A stretch of DNA of 64,000 nucleotides, taken from the NCBI GenBank assembly GCA_050288105.1, contig JBNKDE010000014.1, positions 10,539 to 74,538 of the forward strand, given 5' to 3'. Below, in pieces: positions 38,318-48,800 of the stretch. The position numbers and the translations under genes are program-made. Numbering within the stretch: position 1 is the first letter of the stretch; each line of letters begins with the position of its first letter. The notes under the pieces were generated by a model. That model did no database searches and was not told where the DNA came from. It saw nothing but the letters and a program-made list of their open reading frames with translations. The DNA is from Gammaproteobacteria bacterium. GTDB taxonomy: Bacteria; Pseudomonadota; Gammaproteobacteria; GCA-001735895.

Positions 38318-39103
38318 TCAGGCGTGACGGAAAAATAAATCGTACAGCGTGAGTACAATTTCGATCACGATCAGAATGACAATATACCACTCCACGCGCA
38401 AGGTACGCCGGTCCTGCAACAGGCTGAGCAGGGTTTCGGCGGTGCTGCTGATCAACTCCAGTTTGCGTTCCAGTGCCAGTTGCCGCTCACCGATTTCGTA
38501 TTCACTTTCCAGGTGATGCCACAGGCGATCGAGCTCAGGGTGCTCCCAGAGTACATCGGGTTTCTCGCCTACCAGGGCCCGACCGGTCATACGATGCTGC
38601 AGTTGCAGGACCTCGCCGATATGATGCAGCAGGTCCTGTGCCCGGCCCTGCAGGCGGCCGGTCGAATGCATCCGTTCAGCCAGGGGTTCTATTCGATCAA
38701 ATGCGCGCGCAATCTTTTGTTCACAGTCATCCAGAAATACTGTTTTAGCCAGGATATCGGCAACCACCTGTAGCCGAGGCACCGAGATGTCGTGAATAAT
38801 GAAGCGCTCATTATCAATACGCTCTTCCATAGTCGGATCGACCACAATACTTAGCGTTTCCGACTGGGGCGGCTGCAGGGGTATGCGGACGTAGGGCTGT
38901 AACTCATTCAGAAAAGTCGCTTCGGCATCGGCAGGCGCATTAAAAAACACGGCCACGCCAAACCTGAAAAGCACCACAAACGACTGCTCTGCTAGCGCGA
39001 TGGTAGTCGGGTCACGTGAGAGTACTTTCATCTGCGAAATGCGACGTGGCTCGATGCTGTTGCCAAACAGCACGGCTCTTGCCTGGATAGTTGTTTCTGG
39101 CAT
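38318..39103 (-). CDS. RMD1/DUF155-family protein with a C-terminal TM helix
   Basis: 261 aa with a C-terminal hydrophobic helix (WYIVILIVIEIVLTLYDLFF). The overall pattern is as I recall for DUF155. The assignment is by recollection only. Confidence 0.6.
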   Translation of the reverse strand: MPETTIQARAVLFGNSIEPRRISQMKVLSRDPTTIALAEQSFVVLFRFGVAVFFNAPADAEATFLNELQPYVRIPLQPPQSETLSIVVDPTMEERIDNERFIIHDISVPRLQVVADILAKTVFLDDCEQKIARAFDRIEPLAERMHSTGRLQGRAQDLLHHIGEVLQLQHRMTGRALVGEKPDVLWEHPELDRLWHHLESEYEIGERQLALERKLELISSTAETLLSLLQDRRTLRVEWYIVILIVIEIVLTLYDLFFRHA

Positions 39104-39346
39104 GGATCTAGATCCCTGTAAAATTAGAAGCAGGCCCCGAACAGGACGTCTCCTGTGTGCCTGCTATAAGCCCGAGGAGTCGAATTTACGGCGCTATCAT
39201 GCGCCAGTATGAATCCAGTTTGCAATAGATATTTACTGCGCTAAAAAGGTAGTCTCCACAGCTAAAAAAGTACTGTACGCTTAGCCCTCAGCCAATTAAC
39301 ATATGCGCCTCGGCGCCATCCCGGCTCCTGTTTTTCGGGGATCAAA

Positions 39347-40441
39347 ATGAACCGTTCTCAAATATATTTTTCTTCTCTGCTGTTAGTGGTTTCAACGTTT
39401 GCCCGGGCCGAACAGGCCACGGTTAATATCTATAACTGGAATGATTACTTTGCTGAGGACACCCTGCAGCAGTTCGAATCTGCTACCGGGATCAAACCGG
39501 TTCTGGACCTGTACGATTCGAACGAGACTCTGGAAGCAAAATTACTCGCTGGCCATAGTGGTTATGATCTGGTATTTCCTACCGCCAGACCTTTTGCGGC
39601 GCGCCAGATTAAAGCAAAAATTTACCAGGCACCTGCGCGCAATAAGCTGAGCGGCTGGAATAACCTTGACCCACAATTATTACAGACTCTGGTGGATATA
39701 GATCCCGGAAACCAGTACCTGGTGCCCTATATGTGGGGAACCACTGGCATTGGGATCAACGCCACTAAGGTCAGACAGCTACTCGGCAAAGACATGCCTG
39801 TGGATAGCTGGGGATTAATTTTCGACCCTGCGATCAGTGCAAAACTAAAAGACTGCGGTATCAGTCTGATGGATGATTCTACCGAAGTATTCGCAGCCGC
39901 CCTGGCCTACCTCGGGCTGGACCCCAGTTCGACCCGCAAACAGGATATCCAGGCCGCGCAGGAATTAATCACTCAGGCCAGAGCCAATATCCGCTATTTT
40001 CACTCATCGCAATACATCTCGGACCTGGCTAATGGCGACCTCTGTGTTGCACACGCCTACTCAGGTGATGCACTGCAGGCCGGCGATAGAGCTGAAGAAG
40101 CCAAAAATGGGGTCGAAGTGTCCTACATCATCCCCAAAGAAGGTGCTGTGCTGTGGGTTGACGTGATGGCAATACCGGCAGATGCACCGCATCCCGAGCA
40201 GGCAATGGCCTTTATCGATTTCATGCTGCAACCTGCAAATATCGCTGCCGCATCCAACTATGTGTATTACGCCAACCCCAACCTGGCCGCCACTGAGTTA
40301 CTGGATGAGGAACTGCGTAATCATCCCGGCATCTACCCCACAGCAGAAGTCAAACAGAAACTTTTTGTACTGAAGGAACGCTCCGATAAGGAGATACGTA
40401 ACATCAATCGTTTATGGACCCGCATTAAAGCAAACCGCTAA
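39347..40441 (+). CDS. potF: Putrescine/spermidine ABC transporter periplasmic binding protein
   Basis: 364 aa with a signal peptide and PotD/PotF family motifs (NIYNW.DY, YDLV.P, W.TTGI). It is the first gene of an SBP-ATPase-permease-permease operon. Confidence 0.85.
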   Translation: MNRSQIYFSSLLLVVSTFARAEQATVNIYNWNDYFAEDTLQQFESATGIKPVLDLYDSNETLEAKLLAGHSGYDLVFPTARPFAARQIKAKIYQAPARNKLSGWNNLDPQLLQTLVDIDPGNQYLVPYMWGTTGIGINATKVRQLLGKDMPVDSWGLIFDPAISAKLKDCGISLMDDSTEVFAAALAYLGLDPSSTRKQDIQAAQELITQARANIRYFHSSQYISDLANGDLCVAHAYSGDALQAGDRAEEAKNGVEVSYIIPKEGAVLWVDVMAIPADAPHPEQAMAFIDFMLQPANIAAASNYVYYANPNLAATELLDEELRNHPGIYPTAEVKQKLFVLKERSDKEIRNINRLWTRIKANR

Positions 40442-40452
40442 AGGGCGAAGGT

Positions 40453-41586
40453 ATGGTTAAGGTACCTGGTCGCCTGATGGAGTCGTGGCAGGATCCTTCA
40501 TCCCAGCCTTATGTTCAGTTAAAACGGGTCACCCGTCAGTATGGTGACCTGTATGCGGTAGACGATGTCAGCCTGGATATCTACCAGGGTGAATTTTTTT
40601 CCTTACTGGGCAGCTCGGGTTGCGGCAAGTCGACGCTATTACGCATGCTTGCCGGACTTGAGATGCCGACCAGTGGACGTATTCTGATCGATGGGGTGGA
40701 CGTCACCGATGTGCCCCCCTATCGTCGCCCGGTAAATATGATGTTCCAGTCCTATGCGCTGTTTCCACACATGTCGGTGGAAAACAATATTGCGTTTGGC
40801 CTGAAGCAGGAAAAACTCTCTGCCGATGAGCGTAAAGAGCGCATTGAACAGATGCTCAAGCTGCTGCACATTGAGCCTTTGCGTCAACGCCGACCGGATC
40901 AGTTATCGGGAGGACAAAAACAACGCGTGGCCCTCGCCAGAAGCCTGGCCAAGCATCCCAAGCTGCTGTTGCTGGATGAGCCGCTGGGTGCACTGGATAA
41001 ACGCCTGCGTGAAAACACCCAGTTTGAGCTGGTCAACCTGCAGGAAAAACTGGGCATTACCTTTATCACGGTCACGCATGATCAGGAAGAGGCGATGACC
41101 ATGTCCTCGCGTATCGCCGTTATGCACGATGGGCATATCGTACAGGTGGATACACCATCTGGAATTTATGAATATCCCAACTCGCGATTCGTGGCCGGCT
41201 TTGTCGGCTCGATCAATCTGTTTGAAGGCAAGGTCATCGAGCGTAACGATGCAGAAGCGATCATCGAAGGTGCGGACGGTGAACAGTATCATATGCACTG
41301 CCTGCAACCACTGGCGCTGGGTTCACCAGTTGTGGTTGCGGTACGGCCAGAAAAAATTCGGCTCGCGCGCGAGGCTAACGACAGCGCAGTAAACCAGATC
41401 AGGGGTCGCGTAGAAGACATCGCCTACCTGGGTGATGTTTCCATCTTCCACCTCAAAACTGCCTCCGGGCGCAAGCTACAGATGACTCTTACCAATACCC
41501 GTCCAATCATCGAACAAACCCTGACCTGGGGTGAGCAAGTAGTGGTTGAATGGGACCCTGATGGTGGCGTGGTGCTAACCGAATGA
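40453..41586 (+). CDS. potG: Polyamine ABC transporter ATP-binding protein
   Basis: Walker A GSSGCGKST, signature LSGGQKQR, Walker B LLLLDEP, and a C-terminal TOBE-like domain. Confidence 0.92.
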   Translation: MVKVPGRLMESWQDPSSQPYVQLKRVTRQYGDLYAVDDVSLDIYQGEFFSLLGSSGCGKSTLLRMLAGLEMPTSGRILIDGVDVTDVPPYRRPVNMMFQSYALFPHMSVENNIAFGLKQEKLSADERKERIEQMLKLLHIEPLRQRRPDQLSGGQKQRVALARSLAKHPKLLLLDEPLGALDKRLRENTQFELVNLQEKLGITFITVTHDQEEAMTMSSRIAVMHDGHIVQVDTPSGIYEYPNSRFVAGFVGSINLFEGKVIERNDAEAIIEGADGEQYHMHCLQPLALGSPVVVAVRPEKIRLAREANDSAVNQIRGRVEDIAYLGDVSIFHLKTASGRKLQMTLTNTRPIIEQTLTWGEQVVVEWDPDGGVVLTE

Positions 41587-42506
41587 AGCTGAATCTGCAC
41601 ACTCTGCAGGACAGACTTTCCAGCGGCTGGGGACGCCGAATCAGCATAGGGTTACCTTATCTGTGGCTGGGTATTTTATTCCTGTTGCCTTTCCTGATTG
41701 TGCTGAAGATCAGTCTGGCTGAACCCATGCTCAACCAGCCGCCCTATACGCCGCTAACCACCCTGAGCGATGATTCCGTATTACAGATCAATATCAACCT
41801 GGGCAATTATGTACTGCTGAGCGAAGACCCACTCTACCTGGATGCCTTTATTAATTCGCTACGCGTGGCCGCCATCAGCACCCTGCTCTGCCTGCTTATC
41901 GGATATCCGATGGCGTACACCATTGCCACCGTCAAACAGAGCTGGCGTAATATCCTGCTAATGATGATTATCCTGCCTTTCTGGACCTCATTCCTGATCC
42001 GTGTCTACGCCTGGATTGGTATCCTTAAGCCGCAGGGCATACTCAATGATTTACTGCTGGCGCTAGGTGTCATTAACCATCCGCTGGCGATACTGCACAC
42101 CCAGCTCGCAGTTTACATCGGCATAGTATATTCCTATCTTCCGTTTATGATCCTTCCGCTGTACGCCAACCTGGCGAAGCTCGATCACAGCCTGCTGGAG
42201 GCTTCTGCAGATCTTGGTGCGCGCCCACTCACATCGTTTTTGCGTATCACTTTTCCGCTCTCTCTACCCGGAGTCATCGCGGGAAGCATGCTGGTTTTTA
42301 TCCCTGCGGTTGGCGAGTTTGTTATCCCGGACCTGCTGGGCGGGCCGGATAGCCTGATGGTAGGAAAGTTGATGTGGACTGAGTTTTTCTCCAATAAGGA
42401 CTGGCCGCTGGCATCCGCGCTGGCGATCTGCATATTGTTCCTGCTGGTAATCCCGTTTATCGCAATGCAGCGTCTGCACCAGCGATTCGAGGACAAATCC
42501 ATATGA
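41583..42506 (+). CDS. potH: Polyamine ABC transporter permease
   Basis: 307 aa with 6 TM helices and the EAA loop (EASADLGARPLTSFLRITFPL). It overlaps the upstream gene by 4 nt. Confidence 0.9.
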   Translation: MKLNLHTLQDRLSSGWGRRISIGLPYLWLGILFLLPFLIVLKISLAEPMLNQPPYTPLTTLSDDSVLQININLGNYVLLSEDPLYLDAFINSLRVAAISTLLCLLIGYPMAYTIATVKQSWRNILLMMIILPFWTSFLIRVYAWIGILKPQGILNDLLLALGVINHPLAILHTQLAVYIGIVYSYLPFMILPLYANLAKLDHSLLEASADLGARPLTSFLRITFPLSLPGVIAGSMLVFIPAVGEFVIPDLLGGPDSLMVGKLMWTEFFSNKDWPLASALAICILFLLVIPFIAMQRLHQRFEDKSI

Positions 42507-43294
42507 AGCTACGTCACCTGATGTTGGCAATAGTGGCATTTGGTTATGCCTTTCTCTACATTCCGGTGATGCTGCTGGTGCTGTACTCCTTTAATGAATC
42601 CCGCCTGGTCACGGTATGGGGCGGGTTTTCCATGAAATGGTATTCAGAATTAATCCATAATGAATCGCTGCTTAGCGCTGCCTGGCTGAGTTTGCGTATA
42701 GCCACCGTAAATGCCAGTTTTGCTGTGGTGCTGGGCACACTGGCTGCTTTCTCTCTTAATCGATACCGCAGGTTTCGCGGTCGCACCGGATTCGAGTTAT
42801 TACTATCGGCACCACTGGTGATGCCAGATGTCATTATCGGGCTTTCATTGTTGCTGTTATTTGTCTCGCTGGAGCAACTGATCGGGTGGCCCGCTGGTCG
42901 TGGTTTCACCACCATCAGCCTGGCCCATATTACATTTAGCCTGGCTTACGCAGCAGTCGTCATCCGCGGCAGAATCGGCCAGCTTGACCCGTTGCTGGAG
43001 CAGGCTGCAATGGATCTGGGTGCGCGTCCATTGACGGTATTTTTACAAATCACCCTCCCCCTGCTTACTCCAGCCCTGATTTCTGCCTGGTTGCTGGCGT
43101 TCACGCTGTCGCTGGATGATCTGGTGATCGCCAGCTTTGTCTCAGGCCCCGGCTCTACTACCCTGCCCATGTGGATTTATTCCAGTGTGCGTCTGGGCAT
43201 CACCCCTGAAATCAATGCACTGGCATCGCTGATGCTGCTTTTTGTTGGCATTGCGGTGGTTTCTTCCAACCGGCTGCTGAATAAAAAACAATAA
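42503..43294 (+). CDS. potI: Polyamine ABC transporter permease
   Basis: 263 aa with 6 TM helices and the EAA loop (EQAAMDLGARPLTVFLQITLPL). It overlaps the upstream gene by 4 nt. Confidence 0.9.
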   Translation: MKLRHLMLAIVAFGYAFLYIPVMLLVLYSFNESRLVTVWGGFSMKWYSELIHNESLLSAAWLSLRIATVNASFAVVLGTLAAFSLNRYRRFRGRTGFELLLSAPLVMPDVIIGLSLLLLFVSLEQLIGWPAGRGFTTISLAHITFSLAYAAVVIRGRIGQLDPLLEQAAMDLGARPLTVFLQITLPLLTPALISAWLLAFTLSLDDLVIASFVSGPGSTTLPMWIYSSVRLGITPEINALASLMLLFVGIAVVSSNRLLNKKQ

Positions 43295-43314
43295 CGCATG
43301 ACAACTGACCGGGC

Positions 43315-44283
43315 CTAGTACAGAGCCGCCATTTCAGCGATCAGATTTTTCAGCTTTAGCCTCAGGCTGGCGGGCCCCAGAACCTCAACCTCGGCACCAT
43401 GGCGCAAGATATCCATCAATAACTCGGGTTCCTGACTAAACGGCAATGACAGATAGTAGCGCCCCTCGTCATCGAAATGCGCCTGCTGCTGCGAATGCCA
43501 TTGCTCCTGGGCAACCCAACGCGCCCGCTCAGGACTAAAGCGCAACTCTGCCCACTGAATACTGGCACCGGAAAAAATACCATAGCCACTGGCCAGCTCC
43601 TGATTTAACACCACTTCATCAAGCTCAACCGCCTTATCGCTTAGCACCTCGACCTTGCTGATCGCATCTACCGCGAAACTTCGTATCGCCTCACGCTGGT
43701 GACACCAGCTATCGAGATACCAGTTATCACGATAAAAGGTTAGTCGTTGCGGTGAGACCACACGTTGGCTGGACTTCCCGGCACTGCGATTAAAATGCGT
43801 GATAGCTAACTGTCGCCGATTCAATAGTGCCTGACTGATCACCTGAAAGTGATTATCCCCCTGAATCAGGCGCGCCTGACTCAGAATCCGTATACGCCGG
43901 GTAATCTCTTCCACGCTGTGATCACCCTGATCCAGCAGCGCGCGGATACGTGCCTGCAAAGGCTGTATATGCTCAGACAATAGGCCCGGCTGCAGATTGT
44001 CCAGCCAGGCATTCATCGTTAATAGCGCATGTATTTCACCGGTATTGAACCACAGACCGGGTAATTGATAACTGCCCTGTTCTCCAGGCTGATGCTGATA
44101 GCAATAGGCGCGCTGCTCGCGATCCCACACAATGGGCGCACCCAGCCGATCGCGCAGGTATTCCAGATCGCGTTTGAAGGTTGCTGCTGACACCTCCAGG
44201 GTATCGAGAAATTTTTGCCGTGTCACATAACGCGAATTATTCAGCATTTGATCAATCAGGTGGAATCGCTCAGTTCTATCCAT
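43315..44283 (-). CDS. WYL-domain transcriptional regulator (HTH, WYL and C-terminal extension; YafY/PafBC-like)
   Basis: 322 aa with an N-terminal DeoR-type HTH (VTRQKFLDTLEVSAATFKRDLEYL) and a WYL motif (FYRDNWYLDSWCH). Confidence 0.8.
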   Translation of the reverse strand: MDRTERFHLIDQMLNNSRYVTRQKFLDTLEVSAATFKRDLEYLRDRLGAPIVWDREQRAYCYQHQPGEQGSYQLPGLWFNTGEIHALLTMNAWLDNLQPGLLSEHIQPLQARIRALLDQGDHSVEEITRRIRILSQARLIQGDNHFQVISQALLNRRQLAITHFNRSAGKSSQRVVSPQRLTFYRDNWYLDSWCHQREAIRSFAVDAISKVEVLSDKAVELDEVVLNQELASGYGIFSGASIQWAELRFSPERARWVAQEQWHSQQQAHFDDEGRYYLSLPFSQEPELLMDILRHGAEVEVLGPASLRLKLKNLIAEMAALY

Positions 44284-44323
44284 TGGCTACTCGCTTTTAA
44301 AAAAATAAACACAGGCTCACCTG

Positions 44324-44917
44324 GTGAGCTACTGGCTCAGGATAATAGCATTCATTCGAACAATGATGAGAACCCAAATTATGTCTTTTATGGAAACAGT
44401 TTTATTCAAGTGTTCTTCCTACCTACGCTGTCGAGTCATCCGTGGGGAGAACCAGCAACCGTACCTGGAACGCTACCACCTGTTACGTCTACCATTTGGT
44501 ATTCATATCTACCTGCATCGCTTTGTCGCCAGTGACCCCGGACGCGCACTGCACAATCATCCCTGGCGATCCGCGTTATCACTGGTTTTAAGCGGCAGCT
44601 ACCAGGAAACCCGACTCGGCGACAGCCGAAATGATTATGCGCTGGTGACCCGTAACATCAGCGCCGGACACCTTAATTTCATTAGCGGTAAAATCTATCA
44701 TCGCATTAACCTGGCACCCGGCCAGCAGGCCTGGACCCTGTTTATACACACTGCCAGCCATACCAGTTGGGGGTTTCTCAATACCGATGAGCGAAAGTTC
44801 AGTTATACCGACCATAACCAGGCTCTTAACAGTGTTAGCAACCCGTTATGGTGGAAAACAGCGCTGCGGCCATTACAAAATCCGCAGATGCGTGCGAGCC
44901 AACAACCCAGGTTTTAA
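44324..44917 (+). CDS. Hypothetical protein with an LHNHPW motif (possible small cupin-like fold); start uncertain
   Basis: The ORF is divergent from the WYL regulator. It contains the YLERYHLLRLPFGIHIYLHRF..D.GRALHNHPW pattern, which I recognise only as a recurrent uncharacterised family. The likely start is an internal ATG (44363-44390) rather than the GTG at 44324. Confidence 0.4.
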   Translation: MSYWLRIIAFIRTMMRTQIMSFMETVLFKCSSYLRCRVIRGENQQPYLERYHLLRLPFGIHIYLHRFVASDPGRALHNHPWRSALSLVLSGSYQETRLGDSRNDYALVTRNISAGHLNFISGKIYHRINLAPGQQAWTLFIHTASHTSWGFLNTDERKFSYTDHNQALNSVSNPLWWKTALRPLQNPQMRASQQPRF

Positions 44918-44990
44918 CTTTATTGAAGATCACGCCGGGTGTTATCATGCCGCCTGTAAAAATAAACCAGAATTAACGCAGACCGGCATC

Positions 44991-45527
44991 ATGCCCCCAT
45001 TCAGTAATACCCGAGTTCTTGGTTTCGCCGCCTATAGCGGAACCGGTAAAACAACGTTGCTCAAACAGCTCATTCCCCAGCTGCGCGCGCGTGGCCTACG
45101 TATTGCGGTGATTAAGCATTCACACCATGATTTTGAAATCGATCATCCCGGCAAAGACAGCTATGAATTACATCATGCCGGATCGCTGCAAACCCTGATT
45201 ACCTCGAAATACCGCAGTGCGCTTATCACCGAAAAACCAGAATTACCGGAGCCTGACTTTGCCACCACACTGGCCATGATTGACAGCGAGCGTGTTGATC
45301 TGGTGCTGGTAGAAGGTTTCAGGGATGAAACGCAATTAGCACGCATTGAACTGCATCGACCCGCGCTCAACAAACCGCTCATTCATCCTGATGCGGATAA
45401 TATAATTGCGATTGCGAGTGACCAGCCTGTACAGACGCATCTACCCGTATTAGACCTGAACCAGGTTTCTCAAATTGCCGATTTCATTGTCAACTGGTGT
45501 CAGCTGGAAAACGCGCCAGCGCTTTAA
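44991..45527 (+). CDS. mobB: Molybdopterin-guanine dinucleotide biosynthesis adapter protein MobB
   Basis: P-loop GFAAYSGTGKTTLL, then IKHSHH and LVEGF motifs. I chose the ATG at 44991. The track ORF's 68-aa N-terminal extension overlaps the previous gene and has no MobB counterpart. Confidence 0.85.
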   Translation: MPPFSNTRVLGFAAYSGTGKTTLLKQLIPQLRARGLRIAVIKHSHHDFEIDHPGKDSYELHHAGSLQTLITSKYRSALITEKPELPEPDFATTLAMIDSERVDLVLVEGFRDETQLARIELHRPALNKPLIHPDADNIIAIASDQPVQTHLPVLDLNQVSQIADFIVNWCQLENAPAL

Positions 45528-45806
45528 TTAGCATCCTGTTTTTGTTTATTTTATTAGTGCAAAGCGATTCATTTCTGCTTTACTTATAGTGCCGGATAAC
45601 TCGAAGTAAGCATATGATTACCAACGTCGTCATCAATCGACTGTTGGGTATAAGGCAGCGAAGCGTTTTCTACTTTTCATTTTATTACCACGGAAGAACT
45701 GTTTACGAATAATAGGACCAGCCATTATTCCGTATGCAACATTTATCATAGAGCAATGCGTCGTCAGCTCCGGGTTTAACTGGTGATATAAATTTTTGGA
45801 AACGCG

Positions 45807-48800
45807 ATGATTCAAAAACTGGTTCTTCTCAAAGCACTGCTAACTGCGGCCCTGGCATTAAGTGGCCTGCTGCTTTACGTTCCTGTCAGCCTCGCTCAGC
45901 AGGCTGAAAATACTGCTTTAAGAGAGGTCACTTTACAGCTGCTGTGGAAACACCAGTTTGAGTTTGCCGGATTCTATGCGGCAAAAGAGAAAGGTTTTTA
46001 CCAGGCTGCCGGCCTCAAGGTCAACATTCAACCCTTTATTCCCGGCGCAGACGCACCGATAAAAAAGGTTATTGATGGACAGGCGGACTTCGCTGTGGGT
46101 GATTCAACCCTTATCGTCAATCGCGCCAAAGGAGCTCCAGTAAAACTGCTGGCCAATATCTTCCAGCATAGCCCTTACGTGTTACTTACCCTGGCCGATT
46201 CAGGCATTCATTCACCAGCTCAAATGGTCGGCAAAAAAATTATGCTCGCCAAGCATGAAGAGTCTAATGCCGAGATTAAAGCCATGCTGGCCTCCGAGTC
46301 AGTTAGCCTGGACCAGATGCAGGTCATTGAACACAGCTTCCAGGTAGATTCATTAATCAATGGTGATGTGGATATCATGTCTGCATACGCATCCAATGAA
46401 CCGGCTGTTTTAAAGCAAAAGGGCATCAGATTTAACGTCATTAATCCACTCAACTATGGTATCGATTTTTACGGCAATAATATCTACACCAGTGAGCAAC
46501 TTGAGCAAAAAGACCCTGCATTAGCCGAAGCCTTTACGCTGGCGAGCCTCAGGGGCTGGCAGTACGCACTACAACATAAGGAAGAAATGATAGAGCTTAT
46601 CCTGCAGAAATATTCGCAGGAAAAATCCATTGAAGCACTTAAGTTTGAAGCCGATGCGATTGAACAATTCATTCTGCCTGATTACATTCCCATCGGCGAG
46701 GTAAACCTGGATCGCCTGCAGAGAATTGCCGACGTCTACAAACATCTGGGGGCTATTCCAAAAGATTTTTCACCTAAAGAAATTCTGAGTGAAAATATCC
46801 AGCAAGAGCAAAAGTTAAATTTAAGCTTGACTGAAAAACAGTGGATCAGCGAACATCGCAGCGTTGTCATTGGCGTAGACCCTGACTGGGCACCCTTTGA
46901 ATTTATCGACGAGGATGGCAATTATTCCGGTATGGCCTCTGAATATATCAAGCTGGTTTCTCAAAGAACCGGCCTGATATTTAAGGTACAGGATAATGAA
47001 ACCTGGCTAGATGTCATTAATAGTGCCAAAGCGGGCAAACTCGACCTGCTCCCCGCCATTAGCTGGTCTGCACAACGAAGTAACTACCTGAATTTTACCA
47101 GCCCGCATATGAGCTATCCCATGGTGATTTTAACCAATAAGGAAAGCGAGTTTATCAGCCAGATTGAGTCACTGGATGGTAAAAAAGTGGTTGTAGTCGA
47201 TGGCTATGTAACCGAGGAATTGTTACGCAGCAAACATCCGAATATTGAGTTAATAGAAGCAAAGAATATCAACCAGGCGCTGGACATACTTTCTTCGAAT
47301 GATGCCGATGCCTACATTGATAACCTGGCCAGCATTACCTACAGCGTGAATAAACGTGGCATAAACAATCTGCGTATATCAGGCACCACACCTTATGAAT
47401 TCTCACTGGGGTTTGCGGTTATTAAAAAGAATGATCAATTATTTAGTATATTGCAGAAAGCCATTAACTCAATAACTGACCAGGAACATCAGGCCATCCG
47501 CAACAAATGGATTAACCTGCGTGCTGAATCAGCCTTTCCTGTAGGAACCATACTGGAAATCACAGCAATTGCTGCATCGTTCCTGCTTATCATGCTGTTC
47601 TGGAACCGAAAACTCTCCGCAGAGGTTAAGCGCAGGAAAATTTTTGAAAAAGAGCTTGCTTCCAAGGAAAAAAGATTTCGCGAATTATTTGAAAATAACA
47701 AGGCAATAGAGTTAATTATTGACCCGCAAAGCGGGGTCATAGTCGATGCAAACAATGCTGCACTAGCTTACTATGGCTACTCTAAAGAAGAGATAAAACA
47801 GCAGAATATTACCGACATTAATACGCTGTCAAAGCAGCAGACACTGGCTCAGAGCAAACTGGCAGAGCTGCAGAAACAATCACATTTTTTCTTTAAACAT
47901 CGATTAAAAAATGGCGAGATAAGAGACGTTGAAATTCATTCTGGACCCATTAACTGGGATGGAAAACAGTTACTCTACTCGATTATTCATGACATTACTG
48001 ACCGGGTTATCGCTGAAAACGCCTTGATCAAGGCAAAGGCCGAAGCAGAGAAAGCCACACGTGTTAAGAGTGAATTCCTGGCTAATATGAGCCATGAATT
48101 ACGCACCCCCATGAATAGCGTCATTGGTATGACTGAACTGCTTATCGAAACCGATCTAGACCAGGAGCAGAAAAAGATGCTGGAGATTATTCAAAGCTCC
48201 GGCAAGGTTTTAATTTCAACGATTAACGACATCCTGGACTTTTCCAAACTGGAAGCGCAGCGTATGGAAATCGACCCACAGCTGTTTGAACTTAAGCCTT
48301 TTATCCAGGATATGTTCGAAACCATGCGTAGCCTGGCGAGGCAAAAGCCGCTCGAGCTGTTACTTGAATGCGACAATCAATGTGATGTGCTGATGTACTG
48401 CGACGAAACCAAACTGCGCCAGATTCTCACCAATCTGGTTAGCAATGCAATCAAGTTTACTCCGCAGGGGTCAGTTACCCTGAAAGTCAGCCGCAAAAGC
48501 ATTGATAACACACAGGCAAGCTTTCAGTTTCAGGTGATCGATACAGGTATCGGCATTTTCAGGGAACAGGTCGATCACCTGTTTGATTCCTTTACCCAGG
48601 CTGAGCAATCAACAACCCGGCAGTTTGGCGGAACCGGACTAGGGCTGGCGATCAGTAAAAAACTCAGCACTCTGCTTGGTGGCGATATCCAGGTCCAGTC
48701 CAGCCCTGGAAAAGGTTCCTGCTTCACGCTCACCATAGATACCGTTTACAGGCTGTCAACACCCGCGCAGCCAACACAGCAACAGCTGACGTCTCAGGCA

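Noticed and set aside
39104-39346. A possible second Csr/Rsm-type sRNA or riboswitch in the 243-bp gap upstream of potF. The gap holds hairpins AGCAGGC...GCCTGCT (39129-39175) and GGCGC-N6-GCGCC, plus the GGATCTAGATCC palindrome.
   Set aside because: Only about four GGA motifs occur in 240 nt, close to chance. There is no intrinsic terminator and no GacA-type palindrome. The structures are more simply promoter or leader elements of the divergent DUF155 and potF genes. I cannot assign them to any known riboswitch class by eye.
44787-44990. A 68-aa N-terminal extension of the mobB ORF that overlaps the preceding gene.
   Set aside because: The extension has no MobB counterpart. The P-loop begins about 12 residues after the ATG at 44991, which is the normal MobB geometry.
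45633-45815. A 60-aa minus-strand ORF in the gap upstream of the hybrid kinase gene.
   Set aside because: It has no RBS, no recognisable family and a basic low-complexity composition. Its start overlaps the kinase start codon region. It is most likely a non-coding promoter region.
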